Source of the DNA: Bacteroidia bacterium
GTDB taxonomy: Bacteria; Bacteroidota; Bacteroidia; Bacteroidales; JAPLDU01
Direction: 5' to 3'
Length of the DNA stretch: 64,000 nt
NCBI GenBank assembly: GCA_026391255.1
Contig: JAPLDU010000085.1
Location: 11,376-75,375 of the forward strand
The first letter of the stretch is position 1; the number at the start of each line of letters is the position of its first letter. A program made the translations under genes and the position numbers. Below the pieces are notes generated by a model. That model was not told the origin of the DNA. It did no database searches and saw nothing but the letters and a program-made list of their open reading frames with translations. This document shows positions 21,338 to 28,861 of the stretch, in pieces.

Positions 21338-21793
21338 TTATAACCATGGCAGTAATACTTTCTTGCAGTATTCTTCCCATTTTTGACCAAATAGTTGTGA
21401 TAATATTTTTTCTTCTTCCGGTGAATATATCCTGGACCCAATATATACTATAATTCCTATAACTGCACCTAACCATGTATTGAAAATAAATCCAACCCAG
21501 GGAAGTACGAGAAGAGCTACTCCAGTATATAATGGATGCTTTATAATTGAATAAGGTCCGTTTGTTATAAGCTCCTTCCTTGGAATCTTTGTCAATATTA
21601 AAACAACAGACCATATCCAGTTTATTATTCCCGGAACAAGAATAATAATTGAAACTACCAGCAGAGACAGATGCGGACCACCAACATTGAAGAAAGAAGG
21701 GAAAAAAACATTTAAGGTTAACCCGATTACTAAAAAAGGCAATGTTAATAATCCGATCTTCTTTCCACTACCTACAAGAATAGACAATTTCAT
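21338..21793 (-). CDS. Isoprenylcysteine carboxyl methyltransferase/PEMT-family membrane protein (cassette 4)
   Basis: LITNGPYSIIKHPLY, EEEKIL...FG..W..Y motif. Confidence 0.88.
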   Translation of the reverse strand: MKLSILVGSGKKIGLLTLPFLVIGLTLNVFFPSFFNVGGPHLSLLVVSIIILVPGIINWIWSVVLILTKIPRKELITNGPYSIIKHPLYTGVALLVLPWVGFIFNTWLGAVIGIIVYIGSRIYSPEEEKILSQLFGQKWEEYCKKVLLPWL

Positions 21794-21832
21794 ATCTTGA
21801 TCTCCTTTATTAAATTCTTAAATGTTCGGTAT

Positions 21833-22016
21833 TCATAACTGCCCGCCGCTTGGCCTCAGTGACGGTTTTTTTATTTATTAGGTAAACATTTACCAGCAGC
21901 TATAAGCAGTATCGGATTGCGTAGAATTTGTTTTTCTCATTTGTTTGACATTTCTGCGTGCTGGAATGCTGAATTGCCTGAAACCACCGCCATTGCTAAT
22001 GAGCGGCTTGTTGGGC
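21833..22016 (-). repeat. attC-like site 3
   Basis: TCATAAC..GCCGCTTGGCCTCAGTGACGGT ... ACCGCCATTGCTAATGAGCGGC..GTTGGGC. Confidence 0.75.
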
Positions 22017-22025
22017 GCCGGAATT

Positions 22026-22187
22026 CTATTGTCCCACAGGTTTCAATCCACTATTTTTAATTCTTAATTCGATATACTTTTGCAATTCTTCAAATGACAT
22101 ATTAATCGTCTCTACACTAATTTTATCTCGTATATCACGCATCATTTTTACTGCGTCAAATGTTTTGTTATTTTTATTCGTCTTCAT
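22026..22187 (-). CDS. 53-aa putative antitoxin partner of the PIN gene (not in ORF track)
   Basis: MKTNKNNKTFDAVKMMRDIRDKISVETINMSFEELQKYIELRIKNSGLKPVGQ; start overlaps the PIN 3' end; stop about 10 nt before site 3. Confidence 0.75.
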   Translation of the reverse strand: MKTNKNNKTFDAVKMMRDIRDKISVETINMSFEELQKYIELRIKNSGLKPVGQ

Positions 22188-22638
22188 AATTTATTAAATC
22201 TTTGGGGCTCCTTATTTCAATCATTGAATATCCAAGCCGTAAATTAATAGAATTATAACTCTTTATTCTGTCAAGATTTACAATATGTTTAAAATTCCAA
22301 CTTACAAGTACATCAACTTTATTAATCGTAGCTAAAGCTATGTGCCTACAATCTTCTAAACATGTTAATCCAACTACTTTCTCTGAAATATATGTATCTG
22401 CAAGTTTCATAGACTCTTCTGTCAATGAAACCCGTTCAAAATTGTTTCTGGAATAATTATATAAAAGATTTCTTACATTAGCTGGTGCATCAATTAATTC
22501 AAGATCAAGAAGATCAGAAACAACAAAAATTATTTCCTTTCTTTCTAAACGTTTAAAAAGTTCTTGGGTAGCTTCTTTGAATTCTTCATCAAAGTACCCG
22601 CCTACTATTGAAGTATCTATGTAAATTCTCTGTTTCAT
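22174..22638 (-). CDS. PIN-domain (VapC-like) toxin (cassette 3)
   Basis: IYIDTS, EL, DCRHIA, LVSWNFKHIVN; own TATTTTTG box at 22643-22650. Confidence 0.9.
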   Translation of the reverse strand: MKQRIYIDTSIVGGYFDEEFKEATQELFKRLERKEIIFVVSDLLDLELIDAPANVRNLLYNYSRNNFERVSLTEESMKLADTYISEKVVGLTCLEDCRHIALATINKVDVLVSWNFKHIVNLDRIKSYNSINLRLGYSMIEIRSPKDLINYEDE

Positions 22639-22698
22639 TTAGCAAAAATACGAAAATATTTATTATTTCAACTGGTCTGCTGTGTTTTTATTGTTTGC

Positions 22699-22829
22699 CC
22701 GCAACGCACACCGCTTGGCCTCAGTAGCGGTTTTGATTTAATGCCAGGAAAATCGAATCCGATTGTGGTTTATTTAATACCATACCCTCTGAATTGCTGA
22801 TAACTATTGGGCTAAATGGTTTGTAATGG
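22699..22829 (-). repeat. attC-like site 2
   Basis: CCGCAAC..ACCGCTTGGCCTCAGTAG ... CTATTGGGCTAAATGGT..GTAATGG; left arm shares CCGCTTGGCCTCAGT with site 3. Confidence 0.7.
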
Positions 22830-22845
22830 CTTGTTTAGGTTTCTA

Positions 22846-23040
22846 TTATTTTAGGATATCGTCAATATCGATATCGGCTTGTTTCAGTATTGCTCTTAAT
22901 GTTCCTTCGGGCATGTCGCCGGAATGATTTGGAACTGTAGTAAATCGATTTGTTTTTGGATTATACCAGATTTCGTGGCTTCCGGCAGCTTGTCTATAAA
23001 ACTCAAATCCGTTGTGCTTCGATAAGTTTTTTCGCAACAT
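22846..23040 (-). CDS. hicA: HicA-family toxin (N-terminus possibly truncated; cassette 2)
   Basis: GFEFYRQAAGSHEIW..TTVPNH.GDMPEGTLRAILKQA. Confidence 0.85.
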   Translation of the reverse strand: MLRKNLSKHNGFEFYRQAAGSHEIWYNPKTNRFTTVPNHSGDMPEGTLRAILKQADIDIDDILK

Positions 23041-23167
23041 CTTTGGCAATTTCAATAGTTTCAGCGATAGTTCTGCCTTGAGCAACGAGACCTTGAACAT
23101 AATCAGAAGTGGCAAGATAAAACCCTTCCGGTAATTTTTCTATATGCAGATTGACAATGTGTTCCAT
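23003..23167 (-). CDS. hicB: Short HicB-family antitoxin (cassette 2)
   Basis: EKLPEGFYLATS..VQGLVAQGRTIAETIEIAKD. Confidence 0.85.
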   Translation of the reverse strand: MEHIVNLHIEKLPEGFYLATSDYVQGLVAQGRTIAETIEIAKDVAKKLIEAQRI

Positions 23168-23224
23168 AATATTTCTTTTTTTGGCAAAATAGTGAAAATA
23201 ATTCAAAATGTTGTTTTTAATGAG

Positions 23225-23357
23225 CCATAACGGTCGAGGCTTGCTATTCGGCGGGGCGAATCGAAGCCGTTTCCTGTCCTAATACATCGAGGCTGGATAT
23301 AAGAACTGTACTGTCCTAAAACCCCACTGCCCCGCTGATAGTATGCCTTTGTTATTC
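23225..23357 (-). repeat. attC-like site 1
   Basis: CCATAAC..AGGCTTGCTATTCGGCGGGGC ... GCCCCGCTGATAGTATGCCT..GTTATTC; begins 12 nt after the upstream gene stop. Confidence 0.8.
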
Positions 23358-23368
23358 ACCGGGCGATT

Positions 23369-24997
23369 TTATTCTTTGATAAGTTTCTTTACTATTATTT
23401 CTTTTTCTGTTGTCCCTTTAATAAAATAAATTCCATTTGCAAGGGCTGAAATGTCTATAGTTGTTTGATTTTCGGCATTGTTTATTGTTTTTATTAATTG
23501 TCCTTGTAAGTTTAAAATTTCTATATCTAATTTTTGCGGATTAATGATCATAACGTTTTCTTTTGCGGGATTTGGATAAATTACTAATGAACCTTCATTG
23601 ACATGAATTTCATTAATCCCTACAAGAGTAGATAATTTTGCTAAGAAAGTATCATAGCTGCCATTATTAATAAGTGTGTTACTGCCGAAGTTGAGCGTGT
23701 AATTGCCAAAGTAACCTGTCAGGTAGATATTGTTGCCTCTATCAGCGCAAACGCCCATGCCATATTCACTGCCCTCGCCAATGCTTTGTGCAAAGAGCGC
23801 ATTACCATTTGCATCATACTCCGCTATGAAAATGTCATTATTGCCAACATTGTTGTTGATAACAGGAATACCTCCAAAGTTAAGATAGGGGCTTGTAAAA
23901 TAACCCGTGACAAAAATATTGCCGCTTAAATCAGTGCAAATGCTTTGGCCAAAATCAGAATTTGTTCCTCCAGGGCTTCTTCCCCATAGTGCATTACCGT
24001 TTGAATCATATTTGGCTACAAAAATGGTAGAACTTGAAAATGGTAAACCAGCCAAAGTATCGCTCCCGAATGCAACTGAAGTGCCAAAGTAGCCTGTCAA
24101 ATAAATATTGCCATTTGCATCGGCAGAAACACTACTACCAATGGATTCCCCGCTTGGGCCTTTTGCCCAAAGATAATTGCCATACGCGTCATATTTAGCT
24201 ATAAATATATTGACCCAACTACCTGACAAAGTATCATTTCCGAAAATGGCAAGGTTTTGAAAACCTCCAGTTATATAAATGTTTCCGCTTATGTCTGTGC
24301 AAATACTTTGTTCTCTACCATTAGCGACCAAACCACTAGCTATCTTTTTAACCAAAATAATATTGCCATTCTTATTATATTTTACTATAAAAGCACCTTG
24401 GCTTAAAGTATATTGATCGAAAATAATACTAGAACTACAAGAAACAAATATATAAACATTGCTCAAAGCATCAGAACAAATTCCCCAGCCGATGCTGCTT
24501 GCACCATTGTGATTGATGCCATTTTTAGCCCATTGTACATTGCCTACGGAGTCATATTTTACTAAAAAAACGTCCTGACTGCCAAAGTTATTTAAAGTGA
24601 TCATATCGAATAAAATGGAAGGACTTTCAAAATATCCCTCTATATATACATTATCATTTGCATCGGTGCAAATTCCGTAAGCATAATCGTAGTTATTACC
24701 GCCCCCACTTTTTGCCCAAAGCACATTTCCGTTCGCATCATATTTTACTACAAAGATGTCAAGTGTTCCTGCATTTTTATTGTTTAAAGTATAACTTCCG
24801 AAAGTAATTGCAGTGCCCTGAAAAGTACCCGTTATATAAACATTCCCTTTTAAATCGGTGCAGGTGGCATTACTGTATTCATTACTTATACTTCCTGTGC
24901 TTTTCGCCCAAAGCCAGTTAGAAGTTTGTGCATTTGTTATATTGCTTAAAAAGCATAAAGAACCAATCAATGTCAAAAGTAAAATTGTCTTTTTCAT
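23369..24997 (-). CDS. T9SS-secreted SBBP-type beta-propeller repeat protein (cassette 1)
   Basis: Repeats ICTD..GNIYITG.F...DIFV.KYD.NGN.LWAK; CTD IYPNPA...GIYFIK. Confidence 0.9.
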   Translation of the reverse strand: MKKTILLLTLIGSLCFLSNITNAQTSNWLWAKSTGSISNEYSNATCTDLKGNVYITGTFQGTAITFGSYTLNNKNAGTLDIFVVKYDANGNVLWAKSGGGNNYDYAYGICTDANDNVYIEGYFESPSILFDMITLNNFGSQDVFLVKYDSVGNVQWAKNGINHNGASSIGWGICSDALSNVYIFVSCSSSIIFDQYTLSQGAFIVKYNKNGNIILVKKIASGLVANGREQSICTDISGNIYITGGFQNLAIFGNDTLSGSWVNIFIAKYDAYGNYLWAKGPSGESIGSSVSADANGNIYLTGYFGTSVAFGSDTLAGLPFSSSTIFVAKYDSNGNALWGRSPGGTNSDFGQSICTDLSGNIFVTGYFTSPYLNFGGIPVINNNVGNNDIFIAEYDANGNALFAQSIGEGSEYGMGVCADRGNNIYLTGYFGNYTLNFGSNTLINNGSYDTFLAKLSTLVGINEIHVNEGSLVIYPNPAKENVMIINPQKLDIEILNLQGQLIKTINNAENQTTIDISALANGIYFIKGTTEKEIIVKKLIKE

Positions 24998-25049
24998 AAT
25001 GTCTTTTTTAATTTCTGTTTGTGTTTCGGCTATTTTTTTTTCGCCTTAT

Positions 25050-25075
25050 GCCTAACTATCTTATAGATTCACCTT
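25050..25075 (-). other. attI-like array entry core (GTTAGGC on minus strand, no partner arm)
   Basis: GCCTAAC at 25050-25056 is a perfect GTTRRRY on the coding strand, 53 nt upstream of cassette 1 ATG. Confidence 0.55.
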
Positions 25076-25241
25076 CCCCCCATTTCATTTCCAATATGGA
25101 TGAGTAAGATAATTTTTATTCCTTTATATTTTCAAAACCTTTAATATTCATTCTCCTCAATATTTGCTTTTTCTATGTCTTTGCTTTGTCAATTACCTAT
25201 TATATTTCTGATAAGTCCCGGTCATCCTGAATTTGGTAAAA

Positions 25242-25249
25242 CAAAAATA
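25242..25249 (-). promoter_or_regulatory. Candidate Bacteroidota -7 promoter box facing the cassette array (Pc-like)
   Basis: TATTTTTG matches TAnnTTTG; the -33 box is weak. Confidence 0.35.
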
Positions 25250-25352
25250 CAAAATATTTTTGAGGATAATTAAATCTTTTTCTTCTATTATTATTCTGAC
25301 TTATTATATCTAAAATCTGACTGTTCGAGTATTCGTCCGCCGGAGGTGGAGT

Positions 25353-28277
25353 TCAAAAGCGCAGTTCCTTCAGGGCAGCAACTCTTGCAACCGTTTCAAT
25401 GACTATGGCAGCGAGGGCTGCGCCATAATCGAGATCAATATTTTCCATGGTGTCTTTTGTATCGTGATAACCTGATCGGTTAATATCATAGTTTTCCATA
25501 AAAAGCACGACAGGCATTCCGGCATCGGAAAAAATCTGGCCATCGGTATTGTAAAGGCTACTGCTGTGATTATATTTTGTACGTACTTCGCCTGTCAACG
25601 GGAGATGCCTGGCGGGTTCAGGAATGGTGATCCCGTCGCTGCTTCGCACGCCGCGCTTGCAATGATTTCTTTCAGGAAGGGAATTCCATTCATCTGTCCC
25701 GGAATTCCAGGCCTGGTTTGCCATATGTGCCTGGTACGACAGGAAAACGGATTGTGCACTATTACCCGGAGATATCTGAAAAATATCTTTGTCTTTTTCA
25801 TTGTTGTGTGCAATCATATCAGAAACAAAAACCCCGGTGATAGTCATTCCTGACAGATCAATTATACCGTTATTCTCAATATGGAGTTTTAAATCTTTAT
25901 TTTTTACGGCTTCGCAAAAATGCCGTGCGCCAAGGCAATCGGAAGGAAATTCCTCACCGGTAAGATGTAACAGCCATACATCGCGTTCGAGAAGATTGTT
26001 TTTAGCCAGGTCAAGAAATACAGAACATGCAAGCAGCAGAGCGGAAGTGACAGAATGATTATCATCCGCGCCTGCGGCCGACAAGCGGGCGCCCGAACCG
26101 CCGCGTTCCTTCTCATAAATATCCTCCATGTATGCCGTATCATAGTGATCGGCCATCACAACTGCCTCTCCGCGGTTTTTCCCGGGGATAACCACCAGGA
26201 TATCTCTCTCCGTTTCATGTTCATTCTGATTATTTTTCCAGCCGGTAAACTGGTTAAAGCTGAAATCAGTCTGCCAGTTAAAAGGCAGTTCGCCGCAATA
26301 TGCCATGCCTTTCATTCCGGCTTTTTCAATTTCCGCGCGATGACATGAAATGAGAAAATCGCCGAGTTGCAAAAGGTCTCTTTTATGGTGCTTCAGTTGA
26401 TGCAGGGTAGGTTCGTCATCAACAAAATCGGCATTGTCTTTATTGATAAAATTTCCATGGGATAATGTGAAAATATCATTCCAGAATGACTCTTCAAAAG
26501 CACGTGTGGCGGTATATCGATAAGTAATGCCCTCCGGAGGTTTTTCATTATATTCCTGTTCAATAATTCTTTCCAGTTCAACTTTCATTTCCTGTCCGGC
26601 TGCCGGATCATCTGATAATCCGGGCAAGGAAGACAACCATTGTTCCAAAGTTTCATTCTTCCCAATGTGAAGAAGGCGCCGTGCAAAACTTCCGGGAATC
26701 CTGTTTTCTGCAAAAAGTTTCTTCTGGGATAACAGGTTAATAATATTCATGGTGGTCTGATGTGCGAAGCTGTCATGAGAACTCTTGAAATTTTTCAGGG
26801 CTGATAAATAAAGAGGTCTTTGCATTATCCGCGGCCATAATTCAATTACCTGTGATGCTGAGGCATTTTCACACTGGTATGCGGAAATATAACCATGTAA
26901 AGCATCAGGCAGAATCCTGATTTCATCAGTTGTTTTCTTAACATAAGCAACCAATGGCCTGTGCCAGTATATCTCATGATTGTCAATGCGCATCGGAGGG
27001 AAGAAAAACCGGTAACCGAATAAACCTCCCTGTTTAATTTCATTTTCAGCATTTAAAATTTTTGCGGGAGATGCATTCGGACCGTCAAGTAACAGGGAAT
27101 AATCTTTTCTCCAGAGCTGGCAATTTCTTGCCATGGGTTTACCATATAATCCCATAGTGTCAAGGTCCGTACTGAAAAGGGTTTCGGCAATTTTAACCAG
27201 ACGATGCGGATAGGTTAATTCATCCTCGTTTTTGTGAATCTTTTGCCACCGGTGAGTCCGATGATAGGTGTCAAGAATAAGTTCATGACGAACATCGGAT
27301 GCTTTCACAGAGGGATGAGGTTCATAAATCCAGCCTGATTGCGGCACCCGGATTCCTTCATGGCCGCTGTGCCTGGTTACCATTCTCTGCATCGGGATCT
27401 GAGTTGCAAAAGGCAAGCCGGCCTGAAGTTCCCGGTAATTGTTCATGCCCCGGAAAACAAGACTGCCGGGAAAAGGGAGCAGAACTATCTTTCCATCAAG
27501 ATATTTTTTCCTGATCAGATCAGGCAGCAGACTGAACGGACGAAAGCTCAGTATGAATTTTACATTTTCAAAAGAATCATTGTCATTAATCAGAAATGAT
27601 TTTGCCCGGGTCGGGATTAAATCTGTATTTTTTGTTTCCAGAATCCTGAAGCCAATTCCCGATAACTGTGATCTGTCAGAGACTTTCACATGATGCGTCT
27701 CTTCAAGGATTTGTGAGATGAATGTAATGAAATTCCTTTCCCTGATTTCTTCTGAAGCTTCGGCCATAAAGCATTTCCAGAAAACCTGTTCAGGATCGTC
27801 AATGCTGTTGCCAAAGAAGGTCCAACGTACACGACCCTTGTCATCCTGAGTGCGCGACAGCATCATCGGGAGAAAGACAATGTATTGTTCGTTTTTCAGC
27901 TTTCCTGCGTTTTTCGCAAGATCATCAGGCCAATAAGGATTATTGGTAAGATTTTGGTTGCCATGGCCGCCAATATGATATTCGGGCAATCCTTTCCCAA
28001 GTTTAATCAGATGTTGCATTACCTGGGTCCCGATATTTTCAATGCCTGGTTTCAATTCCAGCTCTTCTTCCATTTCCGTGATATTCCAGCCATTCAGATT
28101 ATCATCAGAAAAAATATCGTGATCGGTAAAAACATGATCATTGCAATCTATAACCGGAGAAGGCATAAATTCAGAATATGCGGGCAACCTGAATTTAATT
28201 CCCTTTGCATCATGAGTGATTTTATTTCGTAGTTCTTTCCAGCCTTGTATCTGGGTTTTATCAACCGGTGAATTCAT
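25353..28277 (-). CDS. Large protein with C-terminal M28-family peptidase domain and unassigned N-terminal ~600 aa
   Basis: VVMADHYDT, GADDNHS, LTGEEFP, SDMIAH, YHDTKDT zinc-peptidase motifs. Confidence 0.85.
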   Translation of the reverse strand: MNSPVDKTQIQGWKELRNKITHDAKGIKFRLPAYSEFMPSPVIDCNDHVFTDHDIFSDDNLNGWNITEMEEELELKPGIENIGTQVMQHLIKLGKGLPEYHIGGHGNQNLTNNPYWPDDLAKNAGKLKNEQYIVFLPMMLSRTQDDKGRVRWTFFGNSIDDPEQVFWKCFMAEASEEIRERNFITFISQILEETHHVKVSDRSQLSGIGFRILETKNTDLIPTRAKSFLINDNDSFENVKFILSFRPFSLLPDLIRKKYLDGKIVLLPFPGSLVFRGMNNYRELQAGLPFATQIPMQRMVTRHSGHEGIRVPQSGWIYEPHPSVKASDVRHELILDTYHRTHRWQKIHKNEDELTYPHRLVKIAETLFSTDLDTMGLYGKPMARNCQLWRKDYSLLLDGPNASPAKILNAENEIKQGGLFGYRFFFPPMRIDNHEIYWHRPLVAYVKKTTDEIRILPDALHGYISAYQCENASASQVIELWPRIMQRPLYLSALKNFKSSHDSFAHQTTMNIINLLSQKKLFAENRIPGSFARRLLHIGKNETLEQWLSSLPGLSDDPAAGQEMKVELERIIEQEYNEKPPEGITYRYTATRAFEESFWNDIFTLSHGNFINKDNADFVDDEPTLHQLKHHKRDLLQLGDFLISCHRAEIEKAGMKGMAYCGELPFNWQTDFSFNQFTGWKNNQNEHETERDILVVIPGKNRGEAVVMADHYDTAYMEDIYEKERGGSGARLSAAGADDNHSVTSALLLACSVFLDLAKNNLLERDVWLLHLTGEEFPSDCLGARHFCEAVKNKDLKLHIENNGIIDLSGMTITGVFVSDMIAHNNEKDKDIFQISPGNSAQSVFLSYQAHMANQAWNSGTDEWNSLPERNHCKRGVRSSDGITIPEPARHLPLTGEVRTKYNHSSSLYNTDGQIFSDAGMPVVLFMENYDINRSGYHDTKDTMENIDLDYGAALAAIVIETVARVAALKELRF

Positions 28278-28323
28278 TGCTATTATTGTTAAACGGACGA
28301 ATCATACCCCAATATGAATATTC

Positions 28324-28797
28324 AGAAACTGGTTTGAATTATAATTATTTCTGTTATATAATTCATATTCAACTTCTTTTGCATGCCCAAAAGAACTAAG
28401 CGAAGCGGTCTCACGAACCCCGACCTGTCGGGGTGAGTAACCAAAAGGGCACCACGAACGAGAATACAACATGCACTTTCGCACAGGCCAACGCTATCGG
28501 GTCTGTGCATGTTGTACTCCACACCGTTCGTGGACGGCTAACGCACGGGGCTTTCATGGTCAAATTTATGTAAAAAGAATATGGGCAAAGTAATTTTTTT
28601 CAAAATTTTCATAATAAATGAGTGCGAAGCATAAAATATAAAAATCCTTATCAACGCATTGCTGTTTGAGTGAAGTCGAGGAACGAGACGGAACGAGTTC
28701 AATTCGTTAAGTCTTTTTTGCATACTTTTTGTGACGACAAAAAGTATGAAGAATGAAATACTGAAAATCATCTGGTAAATATTCAAACATAGGGACT
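28324..28797. mobile_element. MITE-like family A copy 1
   Basis: Near-identical to 43202-43712, 50786-51226 and inverted 55177-55491; AAACTGNTTTGAATT ends. Confidence 0.85.
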
Positions 28798-28861
28798 AAA
28801 TATTGATTCAAATTTAAATACCATATTCCAATATAGGTCAGTCAAAAATGGAAAGTTTCAG

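Noticed and set aside
25057-25352. Integrase gene or remnant next to the attI-like core
   Set aside because: No ORF or recognisable tyrosine-recombinase motif by eye; needs tBLASTn.
28302-28786. Small similar ORFs here and at 43200-43703 and 50797-51216 as a multi-copy gene family
   Set aside because: They lie in family A repeats; frames and lengths change between copies with module indels, indicating non-coding DNA.
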